From a virus: DNA of 64,000 nt. The notes under the pieces were generated by a model. That model did not search any database. It was not told the origin of the DNA and worked only from the letters and a program-made list of their open reading frames with translations. Made by a program: the position numbers and the translations under genes. Positions 36,401 through 46,600 of the stretch are shown here, piece after piece. The stretch covers positions 1 through 64,000 of the IMG/VR virus record IMGVR_UViG_3300025141_016375; one strand, given 5' to 3'. How positions within the stretch are numbered: the stretch's first letter is position 1; each line of letters begins with the position of its first letter.

Positions 36401-39383
36401 AGCTACATGGGCATATGGAGGTGCCAATGAGCTTGGGAGGGGCGGTGATTTCACCACCGGCCGATCCCCGACCGCAGTTTTATGGGCAGGCTTCCTCACA
36501 GCGCCCATCTCCGAAGGCTTTACTATACCAGGGGCACACAGCGCGGTTATAGACGAGAGCACCCTTACAACAGTCCAAAGCCAGGAAAGCATGCTTCAAC
36601 TTGCAACCTTGTACCCTGGTGTAGATCTTGGGGCCGAGGTGCTCCAGGGACTTCCCAAGATAGAAGGGGGTAAAGGAGGAAGTTATTTTAAGTTTGATGT
36701 GCCAATGCCCCCCATCATTGAAAGAAGCGGTGAAATAGAATTTATATCTCACGGTGTCAATTCTGGTTTGGCGACGGACCCTTACGTAGAACTAAACTAT
36801 GTCAAGAAATTTTACGACAATTTGGGTACCAATGGGCTTCATCCTGATATGGCAGAAAAAAACCGACAAGCTTTTAAAGACAGCCTCTATGGCATGACTC
36901 GATGTTTTGCCGGAACCGCGTGGAGTGAGTTGGTGCAGCCCCTATCTAAATTTCTTTATGAAACAAAACTAATACTACTTTTCCCCCAAATGCACGACTT
37001 TTTATTACCAGAGAATTTCGATTTAGTGAAAACATACTATGAATCACACATATTCTGGCACTTTTTCCAACACAATTTCATTGGAGGGGTAGAGCGGGCG
37101 TCCGACATTAAAGTTTATGGCGGTACGATAGATAGCAAGTATATCATGCAAAACTATGCTGCTATTGGATCCGCTCTGACATACCAAGGAAAAATATATT
37201 TAAGCGACTGGTTGCTACTCACTGGCAAGTTTGAGCCCCCGACGCGTCGCGACTCAGACCTCAGTGGTTTTAACAAGGGCTGGCACTCTGGTTTTGCGCT
37301 GTGGGACGGCGGCCTTGCACCTCAAGGCGCCGACTACTATGGGAAACTGGGAAAAGACGCGCGCGCGCCAATCAACCCCGTCGTTTTTGATGAGTTTATG
37401 ACGAATGGCATCCTGGCCCCCGAAGTAAAAGATGCAATTCCACACCATCCCTCGAATGCTCTAGATCCGGCTATAAGTTGGGGTAATTACCTTTACAATG
37501 GCCTAGAGGCCACTTGGGAAAATACTGTCGGCGCCGGCAAAACGGTGACCGAAACGGGTGCCACGTACCAGGATCTCACGCCCGTTTGGCACCGCCTCGT
37601 TGATGGGACATTTAAGTGCGGCCCGGCCACAAACGCGCGGGTGTCGGAACAAGATCTATATACTGATAACTTTTTTGGTTGGCTTTATAGTCTGGAGTTA
37701 GCCGAGATCGTTGATATTGAATTCGGCTATAATATAACACAATATACTTTTGCCGGGACGGCTGTAACCAAGCAAGCGAAGAACGCCGCGCAAAATGCTC
37801 CGGACTTACCGCATGCCGAAAAGATTTTCGATGATATAATTGAAAATTATTGGAAGGGGAGCGATTACACTGCGCGCTGGGACATTATCAATACCCTGAT
37901 CAAAGAAAAAGTGGGCAAAGTAAAGGTGGGGAGTAATAATTTTTATTATATAGCTTTTCCTATTTTCAATGTTGCCAAAAAAGCCCCTGGACGCCTGCGC
38001 TTTTTAGATTATATCTACCAGAGCAAATTTGACGATGCAGCTACACAGACCCAATGGATCTTTACATGGCCGGGCGAAACTCCTGTCACCCCAGCGGAGA
38101 TAGGCGTAAATGTTCCACTTGAAGGCGCCCTCTCCCAGGCCGGCGACGGCGTACCTGTTGCGCGCAGCCATTATAATTTTGGCAAATGGGCTCCGCAGCC
38201 TATTCGTGTGAGAAACGGGGCTCTAAGTCAAAATCCGCGTAAAACGCGACCGGTGAACCCAAAAAACTTGGATTGGATTGGATTGCAAAAAACTCCCATT
38301 GGAAAATGCGTTGGTTTTGTTCATATATATAGAAGCGATAGCTATGAGACCCCGACCGACGCCAAATGGATTCATTACACATTGGGCCCAGCGAACGTTG
38401 CGTTTACTCCCACACAGTTGCCTTGGCTGTACAACGATCTAAGGGCATTTAACTTAGTACCGGACGACAAAGATCCGGTCGATTACAAAAATGTAGGCGG
38501 TCGCCGGCGAGCCATATATGGGTCGAATTCATACTATGCGGCGCAAACAGCTGTGAAGTTGGCGAACTGGTATGAGGAACATACAAAAGGCCAAGCAGAG
38601 GCAATTGGAGAACATGGAATTCTCATCAGCAACGAGAAACATCTCAACGCTGCTTGTGAAGCCGTGGCCATTCCTAAGAATTACATGGGAACTTGGTGGG
38701 AATTTAGTGATGGCGTCTCAGTAACCGAAATAAAAGAAGATACTGTAGATGTTCTCTTTGGCAGTAAATACAATACTTTATATGCCTCTACTATTCGCTT
38801 GGCCAATATAATAGGAGCGGAAGAAGACACCGATCCTTTATTTGCCTATGGGGAAACTTTTTTCGAGATGATGTCCGAGGATAAAAAAGTAGCTTTCGAG
38901 AGAATTATGAAAAGCTTCTTTTTGAAAGAACAAACCACCATTGTAAGCATCATGCATCGTATTCTCAGTCAAAAATACTACCCTGCCATTGAATATAATT
39001 TTGATTACTCCACCAGAAATATAACTAATGCTCTAATGACAGCTATAGCTGTGGCGGGTGGCGACTATCAATACGCCGCGCCGGGTACAGAAACGGATAT
39101 CCCATTTCCGCTAGATTTATCTAATGTCGATTGGTCAGAATTGGCTGAGATGGTTTTAAAAGCCCTTTTAGGTGCAATAGCTAGCGCATGCGACCCCACA
39201 TGGCAAACCCCTTGGTTCTTTCCCGGGCCTTTTACGCCCATTGGAGTGGCGGCTAAAATCTTAATCGGCAAAGACTGGTGGGGTGACGATGATGATGGCG
39301 ATGGAAGGGTACGAAAAACTTGTGAGGATGCCTTAACAGAACAAACAAAACTATTAGATTTAGGGCCTTTTTTCAATAAATAA
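30495..39383 (+). CDS. Giant (2962 aa) virion-associated protein of unknown function
   Basis: Uninterrupted 8.9 kb ORF in the baseplate module, with coiled-coil and hydrophobic segments. Confidence 0.85.
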   Translation: MPKVEVFKNAPDVKMHNPVSNEIFRYDHVFFKRQQSSFDVIHIYGLYGVKSGGPSYSDNPATSVWCTAPPATTGPAGYDRKPLSQCYGGTRAKNEIAEHIIKYGVKNKFFKAGTVAAPLPEVIDIANDPANPTSLTQFSQWLQQTEKERGTQALPIFVVKVLPIPANNWPLAFKGMRLIPKDYKYAYCFHAMIPIAAFQKQMSGDCTIPKTVTSDSAEIQKKEVEKAMDADKKAKSPKPPAQGTKAEPGTVATTEGQPDITEDSSTTRGSGETLRYVSTYKIDNIPLYVDIVAKVLQRVDTKMKEYGITFPTRPLNLGVQIKNLEYFKDNIKSQLAKVASPVDPKKRVILAFDKKFKLTAVQYEDKKHPEVRVLAAHAPYFSQTANALIYHLIHIYKKYQTTYGSAEWNAPEVEIRAFLKKYIFPTPLILNTAAGEYIAEKYLLGDKRLLNEKFWDKYKQFPMSANVKMQMKNFAGDSYKMIGDALGFKYASGGFQQIDDFDDFYEQCLEWIDLSKIIQVAAVCMMKAIGADEWIDKICKEVVDEFEKHRDAIIGWCESQDDPATKAFAKELKDLMFAGENWMLKQTESMLVQGAKKLAEMAVTAADRETWASTTSLRNYLQNLSREANALQEELSEAPLHKEPSGLVDKIANLKDQLEDMKEAVAKQKQRQTDLGTALPANETNLYGQLLDEKNRISTKIGKLQGAQRLRQEQFTIYNLLLDEILPELTVLNPYLSETTKGSSTDKTEIYDWFESARNATPSKLKETAAASLNEATLRTRLDAIAIDVAGGTVVGGVSSKLYFNVASTYVDIYQDYHLFAASTDGKDKNNAQMIEDTFDSLLVKVGLLLKIIHEKGAQTGSFGSLLKEGAFKGGKAALLEMFDKDQRKRAMLCAAIFATVGAAIYGIYYLIDNWDEVSVAMTGDMKKLAGAIEKRFALFMRTDYPVMDILESLKEAAKQIGLNLLKDLVVNTIMWLVDVMQAACAEEELVAAPYSPFGQVSLGDFMVASKTNNNLTSGEGVMERTKSFTALSTQTNISLETFNIILSTLSAGLSIREVCSLLEETAPGGTYNRAIQILQTIPQLQNTSFYDYYVNMDGIKTFFELISKDIKPQYCILAKQAFEREKELLLNICVDPADDVLAANLADYLSSEDVLEALANRKKSNLDRAGDAAKFLGQILDGPEEIDPMCGGGANSMSPRHESQQYAANQAGDAIFAAIEKVFEDEIRRIKYIYRDDAALMNAWAAQQTAEGGDTPSNMKLFSDAILGAPAQSKAAGDAAMAEFESIAGIATAADVDFVANKIRTQIRGLNTRNAFVVKYAQVDAADDFDTTIKTKTEIAELIKGWAWAAIHPQDMAQNPEMFFVMLEYGDVDAWRGVWYEDKGNPFASDQEFWKSFGYPDGQPELPDESDDSEAYLDLQKILQVVGTATIIPAFSFDLGTDVSLDWGAYHPQLFAGLDRMIRFRYKPTAPGKPNVSLQVYIPSTGEILASYKTRKVGLPFNFYMLYQEQNGWNDKAAWLNNVFLYQFAWPNNTYNILINSIFEDLLRYSGDNGLYTRENFSALHLNKYSPWSTLTNGEPNPEKCFLGFFNKNVLNNQTQKMIDALACFNPDSVSKNSTTVSFIKMLVDCLIRVIVVKETMKTLFTFGIFNKSQLYVKDIEGEDEEVPFFQVYFKKEIERALLKQFGVIASQLFNPRQGLGYSGKVGKAVKVDKEEEGAGDPDAIFADPCSMEPALETANFQAAATELQKFNDEIIAEWVTGVTRVLFQNEQLTDAEAISININQQIAYVQEVLYRGIPDNVKGEQLSGTLAAYQQAAAKASKNTFLENFDPHTGGSETWVAEASNLIKLEKLNAKAKLLTIENDALESFFNPAPVLASKGETETMRAERLWFPYDRLMLSPATIYMEWQLVEQREAKASLWRYINTSAQSYWTAKYSGVDELVEWIEQDQSVVGAHTNPDRNTWTKLATWAYGGANELGRGGDFTTGRSPTAVLWAGFLTAPISEGFTIPGAHSAVIDESTLTTVQSQESMLQLATLYPGVDLGAEVLQGLPKIEGGKGGSYFKFDVPMPPIIERSGEIEFISHGVNSGLATDPYVELNYVKKFYDNLGTNGLHPDMAEKNRQAFKDSLYGMTRCFAGTAWSELVQPLSKFLYETKLILLFPQMHDFLLPENFDLVKTYYESHIFWHFFQHNFIGGVERASDIKVYGGTIDSKYIMQNYAAIGSALTYQGKIYLSDWLLLTGKFEPPTRRDSDLSGFNKGWHSGFALWDGGLAPQGADYYGKLGKDARAPINPVVFDEFMTNGILAPEVKDAIPHHPSNALDPAISWGNYLYNGLEATWENTVGAGKTVTETGATYQDLTPVWHRLVDGTFKCGPATNARVSEQDLYTDNFFGWLYSLELAEIVDIEFGYNITQYTFAGTAVTKQAKNAAQNAPDLPHAEKIFDDIIENYWKGSDYTARWDIINTLIKEKVGKVKVGSNNFYYIAFPIFNVAKKAPGRLRFLDYIYQSKFDDAATQTQWIFTWPGETPVTPAEIGVNVPLEGALSQAGDGVPVARSHYNFGKWAPQPIRVRNGALSQNPRKTRPVNPKNLDWIGLQKTPIGKCVGFVHIYRSDSYETPTDAKWIHYTLGPANVAFTPTQLPWLYNDLRAFNLVPDDKDPVDYKNVGGRRRAIYGSNSYYAAQTAVKLANWYEEHTKGQAEAIGEHGILISNEKHLNAACEAVAIPKNYMGTWWEFSDGVSVTEIKEDTVDVLFGSKYNTLYASTIRLANIIGAEEDTDPLFAYGETFFEMMSEDKKVAFERIMKSFFLKEQTTIVSIMHRILSQKYYPAIEYNFDYSTRNITNALMTAIAVAGGDYQYAAPGTETDIPFPLDLSNVDWSELAEMVLKALLGAIASACDPTWQTPWFFPGPFTPIGVAAKILIGKDWWGDDDDGDGRVRKTCEDALTEQTKLLDLGPFFNK

Positions 39384-39392
39384 TAATAATTA

Positions 39393-39401
39393 GCTAATTA
39401 T
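39393..39401 (+). promoter_or_regulatory. Putative late promoter GCTAATTAT
   Basis: Intergenic motif about 24 nt before the gp25 ATG, with a GAGGA RBS. Confidence 0.55.
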
Positions 39402-39424
39402 TATAATCAAGAGGATTTTAACTA

Positions 39425-39823
39425 ATGGCTTACGGATACTCAGCAGTTTTACCTTTACAAAGAAGTCAAGAGGATGGGTTTTATGCACTCACAAAAACTC
39501 TTGCTTCCAATATCAAACAAAATTTAATGAATATTTTATTGACGGGACCCGGTGAAAGAGTGATGCTTCCCAATTTTGGAGTAGGTCTGCGGCGCGTGCT
39601 TTTTATGCAGGCCCACGAAGCACTTGAAGCGGAGATAACCGAAAGGATTGAAGATCAAGTGGCGACTTATATGCCTTTTGTTTCTATTACCCGCATCAAG
39701 TACTTCAAGTTTAATACCACCGTGGAAACATCCGAAAGAGAACACCAGTTTGACATCCAACTATTTTATGGAGTCCCCCAGTTGAATTTCTCTGATTTGT
39801 TAGAGATTATTCGATTGCCATAA
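39425..39823 (+). CDS. Baseplate wedge subunit, gp25-like
   Basis: IKQNLMNILLTGPGERVMLPNFGVGL...YMPFV is the typical gp25/GPW signature. Confidence 0.92.
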   Translation: MAYGYSAVLPLQRSQEDGFYALTKTLASNIKQNLMNILLTGPGERVMLPNFGVGLRRVLFMQAHEALEAEITERIEDQVATYMPFVSITRIKYFKFNTTVETSEREHQFDIQLFYGVPQLNFSDLLEIIRLP

Positions 39824-39842
39824 CAGGAGGAAATAGCTACGC

Positions 39843-41636
39843 ATGCCTTATATTAAAAAACCGCTCATTAATTATACTAATAGAGAATTTGAAACTATTA
39901 AAGCCGATTTAGTTAATTATGCGCAGAAGTATTATCCCGAAACCATGCAGGATTTCAATGAGGCTTCATTTGGTTCTTTGATGTTGGACATGGTAGCTTT
40001 AGTGGGCGATATGCTTTCCTTTTATATAGATTATCAAGCAAACGAATCATTTATTGAAACAGCCAACGAATACGAAAATGTTTTAAATCTTTCTAAACAT
40101 TTTGGATATAAGTATAAGCCCAACGCCTCTTCTATGGGACAAGTGAGCTTTTTTGTACTGGTTCCAGCACTAGGAGGCTCTGTCGCCCCCAATTTAAATT
40201 TGGCGCCTATTATTCGCAAGGGCTCTCTTTTTTCTACCACAATTGGGACCCTTTTCACTTTAATGGAAGATATAAATTTTTCTCAATCTTCGGATATTGT
40301 GGCAGGAGAAGTAAACGCAACTACTGGGGCGCCCACGAGCTATGCTATTAAAGCTCAAGGAATTGTAGTCTCTGGCGAATTACGAAGCAAAGATTATACC
40401 ATCGGCGCTTACGAAAAGTTTTTAAGGGTACAAATTGATGACAGTAATGTGACAGAAGTGGTAGCCGCCTTTGATTCCAATGGCAATAATTATTATGAAG
40501 TAGACTATCTCACCCAAAATACCGTTTATGTGTCTGTTATCAATAATCAGTCCAATATGGATACCGTGAGAAATATTTTAAAACCTGTATCTGTGCCTCA
40601 TCGCTTCGTGGTGGAGCACAATGAACTTTCTACAACTTTACAATTTGGGTTTGGCACACAAGATAATGAAGCAAAAATATTGGATCCGACCAACATTATC
40701 TTAAATGTTTTTGGAAAAGAACATTTTAGTGAGCCATCTTTTGACCCTACCGTGTTGATTAAGACGGATAAGTTGGGTGTTGTTCCTTCGGATACCGTGC
40801 TAACAGTTATTTATCGTCGTAATACTACATCCAATGTCAATGCGGCCGCCAATTCTTTACGCAATACTGTTAATGCACAATTCCAGTTTCGTAACGCCCA
40901 AACGTTGAACGCGGGATTGATGACAGGCGTACGTAATAGTTTAGAGCTTACTAACGAAAATCCGATTTTTGGGGATGTTTCGGCGATTAGCGCGGAGGAA
41001 TTAAAATACCGCGCCTATGGGACATACGGCGCCCAAAATCGTGCCGTCACTAAAGAGGATTATATTACGATGATATATAATATGCCCGCTAATTTTGGTC
41101 AAGTAAAAAAAGCCACTATTGAACGCGACGTAGATTCTTTTAGCGGTAAAAATTTGAATTTATATGTTCTTTCAACAAACGATGGGGGCAAATTTGCGCC
41201 TACTAACCTCACTATTAAACAAAATTTAAAGACATGGATAAACCAATATAAAATGTTGGGCGATACTATTGATATCCTCGATGGTCGCGTGATCAACCTT
41301 GAAATAAAATTTACCGTCGTTGCCTTTGCAAATGTCAACAAATACGACGTGTTACAGCTGTGTCTCAATACTCTGACCAGCTTTTTTCAAGGCTCCTATT
41401 ACGATCTTGGCGAGCCATTTAAAATTACAGATGTATATAAATTATTAAACAATATAAGCCAAGTATTAGATGTCAAAGATGTGACGGTAACACCCAAGCG
41501 TGGAGCGGGCTATTCGGATTATGCTCCTTCTTTTGACGAATTGGCCTCTGATGATGGGAGATTTTTAATGGCACCCCACGATACGGCATTTGAAATACTG
41601 AGTCCAACCAACGATATTGATGGAGAAGTGATTTAA
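39843..41636 (+). CDS. Baseplate wedge protein, gp6/BplJ-like
   Basis: NYTNREFETIK..L, DFNEASFG, LSFYID.QANESF.ETA, FGYK, LQFG.G and AQNRAVTKEDY. Confidence 0.92.
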   Translation: MPYIKKPLINYTNREFETIKADLVNYAQKYYPETMQDFNEASFGSLMLDMVALVGDMLSFYIDYQANESFIETANEYENVLNLSKHFGYKYKPNASSMGQVSFFVLVPALGGSVAPNLNLAPIIRKGSLFSTTIGTLFTLMEDINFSQSSDIVAGEVNATTGAPTSYAIKAQGIVVSGELRSKDYTIGAYEKFLRVQIDDSNVTEVVAAFDSNGNNYYEVDYLTQNTVYVSVINNQSNMDTVRNILKPVSVPHRFVVEHNELSTTLQFGFGTQDNEAKILDPTNIILNVFGKEHFSEPSFDPTVLIKTDKLGVVPSDTVLTVIYRRNTTSNVNAAANSLRNTVNAQFQFRNAQTLNAGLMTGVRNSLELTNENPIFGDVSAISAEELKYRAYGTYGAQNRAVTKEDYITMIYNMPANFGQVKKATIERDVDSFSGKNLNLYVLSTNDGGKFAPTNLTIKQNLKTWINQYKMLGDTIDILDGRVINLEIKFTVVAFANVNKYDVLQLCLNTLTSFFQGSYYDLGEPFKITDVYKLLNNISQVLDVKDVTVTPKRGAGYSDYAPSFDELASDDGRFLMAPHDTAFEILSPTNDIDGEVI

Positions 41637-43633
41637 TGGGAATTAAACGATGGGTTGCAAACCAAGACAATACAATTACGAATGCTTTTGCACCTAACTT
41701 GTTGACTCGCGGCGTCAGCGGCAACATGGGCCAATCCGATGTTCTAGAAGTCTTCTCTATTTTTGGACAAGCCTCATCTGCTTCTTCAGAACTAGAAAGA
41801 ATATTAATTCAATTTCCAGTGTCCCAGATCTCTTCGTCTAGAGGTGCAGGCACCATTCCTGCTTCTGGTAGCGTAGATTTTTATTTAAGGATGTTCAATG
41901 CCAAGCATTCATGGACCACTCCCCGAGATTATACTTTAGATATTTGTCCCGTTTCACGCTCCTGGTGCGAAGGTTTGGGCTTGGATATGGAAGATTATAG
42001 GGATTTAGATGCTTCTAATTGGCTCTACAGCTGCCCGGCCCCTGGCACCCAAGCATGCGCGACTATTACCATAGAAAACACCGATGGTGGCCCTGTCCCC
42101 GGCGCTAACAACCCGTTTATCAATCTAACCATCGATGCCGGAGCGGGCCCCCCTCCGGCCACCTATCAATTTCAAGGACTCCATGGCCCCTTATGGTGGC
42201 CCAGTTCCTTTCGGATAGGCACAACGACGACAGCCATTGCCACCGATCTGGCGAATGTCATTAATGTATCAGCTAGCGACCACTTTACTGCTTCTTCAAA
42301 TGGAAGTGTTGTGCGCATATGTGCGACAGGCTCTGGGGTATATGGAAATAATTATGCCGCAGTCGGCTTCCCATCAGTCGACGCCGACGCCGCCGGCAGG
42401 TGGGTGTTTGCGACGGTAACCGGCGCAGCTGCCACGGAGTATTTCTGTTCAATGGGGCCCGACATGAGTGGGCCCGCTGCCCCGGCACTCCCGGCCCTCT
42501 GTGGCGGGGCTCTCTACCCAGCGGGGAGCGCCTCTTTGGGAGGTGGAAGCGCCGCCGAGGGGTTTATTCGCTGGACAACAGAAGGCGGCGATTATTTAAG
42601 CTCTCCATGTTTTTCTCAATACTTTGACACTGGTAATGAAAATCTAGAAGTTAACATAACTCCTCTCGTTGAAGAATGGATTAGCGGGACTGTCGCCCGG
42701 GGCACCCAGCGTGACGCCCTTCCTAATTATGGCGTCGGAATTAAATTAAGTGCCACCGACGAAGGAGATTCTTTTTCATATTATACTAAAATGTTTTTTG
42801 CCAGAGGTTCTCAATTCTTTTTTAAACGTCCAATTATTGAAGCACGTTGGAACAGCAGTATACTAGATGATCGGGGTAACTTCTTTTTAAGCTCATCGCT
42901 TGTGCCTGCAACTGATAATTTAATGAACCTTTACCTTTATAATGTGGTAAGAGGGCAATTAACAAACATTCCTGCGGTCGGCACCGGTAAAATACTAGTT
43001 AGTGTTTATTCTGGATCTAACGACAATTCGGCTCCTTTTGGCGCCAAATTGGAACTTCCAGCCGGTGGGGGTGTGGTGGCCGACGATGATGTGAATATCA
43101 CCGGTTCCTGGGTCGAAACAGGCGTCTATTCAGCTTCTTTTGCATATACTTCGTCAGCTATTACGACCATTTTTGATGTATGGCATAGTGCAAGTGTGGA
43201 ATATCACACCGGCAGCGCCGTCACAGTAAGCACCTTTGACAGTCAAAACTTCAATTTTGACCGCCGATATGTTTCCAAAGTTATTAATTTGCGCCCCGTT
43301 TATTCCCCCGACGAAACGAGTAGATTTAGACTTTACGTTCGTGAAAAGGATTGGCAACCCACCATTTATACGGTGTCGTCCAATATCATGCCTAATCAAA
43401 TAATTTACAATGCGTATTATCAAGTGAGTAGAGTTTCCGACAATTTAAAAGTGATACCGTATGGCACGGGAAGTTCAAATCAGACCAAACTTTCTTATGA
43501 TGTGAGCGGAAGTTATTTTGATTTGGACATGGCACTCTTTGATACTGACACGGTTTACTCATTAAAATTGGCTTATTTGATTAACGGTACGTATACAGAA
43601 CAACCAGAAGAATTTAGATTTAGGGTCGAGTAA
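41636..43633 (+). CDS. Virion structural (baseplate-associated) protein with an internal inserted domain
   Basis: TAATG coupling to gp6; beta-rich with RILIQF, W.EG.G and RP.IEARW (DNRLRE-like features). Confidence 0.75.
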   Translation: MGIKRWVANQDNTITNAFAPNLLTRGVSGNMGQSDVLEVFSIFGQASSASSELERILIQFPVSQISSSRGAGTIPASGSVDFYLRMFNAKHSWTTPRDYTLDICPVSRSWCEGLGLDMEDYRDLDASNWLYSCPAPGTQACATITIENTDGGPVPGANNPFINLTIDAGAGPPPATYQFQGLHGPLWWPSSFRIGTTTTAIATDLANVINVSASDHFTASSNGSVVRICATGSGVYGNNYAAVGFPSVDADAAGRWVFATVTGAAATEYFCSMGPDMSGPAAPALPALCGGALYPAGSASLGGGSAAEGFIRWTTEGGDYLSSPCFSQYFDTGNENLEVNITPLVEEWISGTVARGTQRDALPNYGVGIKLSATDEGDSFSYYTKMFFARGSQFFFKRPIIEARWNSSILDDRGNFFLSSSLVPATDNLMNLYLYNVVRGQLTNIPAVGTGKILVSVYSGSNDNSAPFGAKLELPAGGGVVADDDVNITGSWVETGVYSASFAYTSSAITTIFDVWHSASVEYHTGSAVTVSTFDSQNFNFDRRYVSKVINLRPVYSPDETSRFRLYVREKDWQPTIYTVSSNIMPNQIIYNAYYQVSRVSDNLKVIPYGTGSSNQTKLSYDVSGSYFDLDMALFDTDTVYSLKLAYLINGTYTEQPEEFRFRVE

Positions 43634-43636
43634 TTT

Positions 43637-46600
43637 ATGTCTTTAAAAGATTTATTTAAAGAAGATGATAATCTTAGAAGTTTTGAACCCATTACCAAAG
43701 CGGACATAGACGCTGATTTAGAGTCGTATGATTATTTAAAAGCCGTTCAAGAAAGGTCGCGCCGATTCCTCCCTTTAGAAAAGTTTGCGAAGCCCGAGAC
43801 CTTTGCCAAATTTGGCTCCGCCGAGAAATATTATGAAGACTCCATTCGGCGCATATACAATACTTATCCTTATGATGGCTCTTTAAAGGAGAAAATACAA
43901 TGGGAGCTTTCCTCTTCTGTAATTGATATATTTCTTTTGGAGAACGGGTACCCGCGTACTACAGGGTATGCTACTTTTTCTTCGGCCAGCTTCGCAGCCA
44001 CAGTATTAGTTAATGGCTATGGCGCCGTCCCCACTGCTTCTTACGAGTTTATTTCACTTCAAGGTGGCCCCCATAAGGGCACCGGCAAATCCCTTTATTA
44101 TGATCAGTGGCAAGATACGACCACATATCGTAAAGATGCGAATATTTTGGATCGTAGCCAAAATAGAGAAAACAATTTAAAAATTGATGGTATAGATGGC
44201 AATACAGTAGAGTTTTGGCTTAAAAAGGAAGCTTTTTTGGTATTGGGAGACCCCGATTACACCAGCGAGAAAGAGGTTATAATTGATGTTTTTGTATCTG
44301 GTACCACACAAGTTGATCAGGAGTATGGGAGGTTAAGAGTAGAACTTACCGGGACCGCCGATGTAGGAGCGACTCCGTGGCTAGTCACTTTTTCCTCCGG
44401 CACCCTTAACGCAATGATGCAACAGCCCATTGGTAGAAACATTACGACTGCCTCGGTGGCGGATGGCCAATGGCATCACTATGCATTTATATTTCAAAAT
44501 AATGCCGATAACCCTGGTAACGCGGTGCAGTGCGATCTTTTTATAGATGGCGCTCATAATAGCAGAGCCGTAGGAACCGGGGAGGTTTTTTATGTTAGCG
44601 GCGCCCTCGAAGCCACCGTTGGAGCGCTCGGGTCTGCCGATCCTCCCGAAACGGGCGTCACGGCACTCAACGGCGCCCTCAAGGGGTATGCCAAACTGTC
44701 GGGGTCTCTCGATGAAGTACGTTATTGGAAAACTGCTCGGACATCAAAAAAGATTCAACAATATTGGTTTGATCAGGTTGGAGGGGGAACCAATAGTGAT
44801 CTTGCCAATACCCATTTGGGTGTTTATTATAAATTTAATGAAGGGATCACCACTAATGTCGCCATCGACGCGAATGTATTAGATTATTCCGGACGTATTT
44901 CGAATGGAACGTGGACTGGCTATAATCCGCTTTTTTCTCGCTCAACAGGGTCTGCAATGATAGAATCTTCGGCTAGCGCGATAGAATTTAGAGATCCCAT
45001 TATTTATCCTTCTCATCTTGACGTAGTGAGCTTTTTAAATACCCAAAAGGGCATCGGAAAGGATTACGACACTACTAATGTCAACTCTCTCGTTTCCTAT
45101 ATGCCCACCTGGATGCTAGAAATTAATGAAACCGCGGAGGCAGATGCCAACAAGAACGTGTTAATGAATTTGTTACAGATACTTTCAAGTTATTTTGACA
45201 ATGCGTCGCTTTTGATCGATAAAATCCCTTCTCTAAGTGAACCCAAATATTACACCTCGGGCACTTTTCCGCCTCCCTTTAATAAGAGGCTTTTAGAATC
45301 CCGCGGCTTTGTAGCGCCCGACATTTTTATGGATCTCAGCTTGCTTGAACAGTTTGCACAGCGGGACAATACTCTTTTATTCCAGGAGAGCGTAGAACAT
45401 GTTAAAAGAACGATTTATCAAAATATCTATAATAATTTAATTTATTTATATAAATCAAAAGGCACCGAAAAATCTTTTAGAAACTTAATTAGATGTTTTG
45501 GTATTGACGATGAAGTATTAAAATTTAACATTTATACTAAAAACAATACATTTAAAATACAAGACAACACCAAATATGTCACTAAAACAAAACAATACGC
45601 TAATTTCAATGAAGTAGAAAATGGCGACGCAACGGTATATCAGCATACAGCGTCGGACGATACCAATGCCACTTCCTTTCTTACCATGGGCCCGGGCCTT
45701 GTGGGCGGTGATGTTCCTACTTTCAGTTCGGGCACTGCTTTTACTTTAGCAGCCGACGTAATTTTGCCAAATCATGTAACTATTGCGGAATACGCCACAG
45801 TTAAAGAAAACTATGATGGTAAAGTACAAAATCATTATCCTTTGATAGTGTCTTCATCTTTATTTGGCCTTCATGACGTAACTTCAGTTGAAAATGTTGG
45901 AACGTGGATCAATCCGGACTGGGCGAATTTTCAAGTTTATGCTGTAAAAGAAAATAATGATAAGTTTTCAACCACAGCTAAATTTGTTTTGAGCAGCGTG
46001 CCAAGCGCTCCCGCGGGACCAATAGAGACTATATTACCTATTGAATCGCCTTTTTTTGAAGATATTTATGACGATCAAAAGTGGACTTTAGCAGTATCCG
46101 TCTTTCCAGAAAAACAGGGAGTGAACCAAGTTGGAGGAACTAGTGGTTCCGACATGGGCGTCCCAACCTCACCCGACCAATCAGATTATATAATAAGATT
46201 TTATGGGTGTAATCATATCTCCGATATAAAATATCAAAGCTTTGAAGTTAGTGCGACGATTCCACAACAGGCTGGCGATTGGGGAGGCGCCTTCTTCTGG
46301 CACTGGCCCAACAAAAGAATATTCGCCGGCGCCCACCGCACTGATTTTAATGGAAGTCTAAGAGAGTTCTCGGATGCCAAGATATCCGCAGTCAAAGCGT
46401 GGTACGCGAATATTCCCACCTCTTCTATAGATCAGCATAACAAAAAAGCTGGGAATTATGGCGCAGCAGCCCCCACAAAAAATGCTTTTCTTTACGAGGA
46501 AGCTTACAATTCAGTTAATATACCTGAAATAGGAACGCTCGCTCTTCACTGGGATTTTACCACTGTAAGCTCTTCCGATGCATCGGGCCAATTTTTTGTT

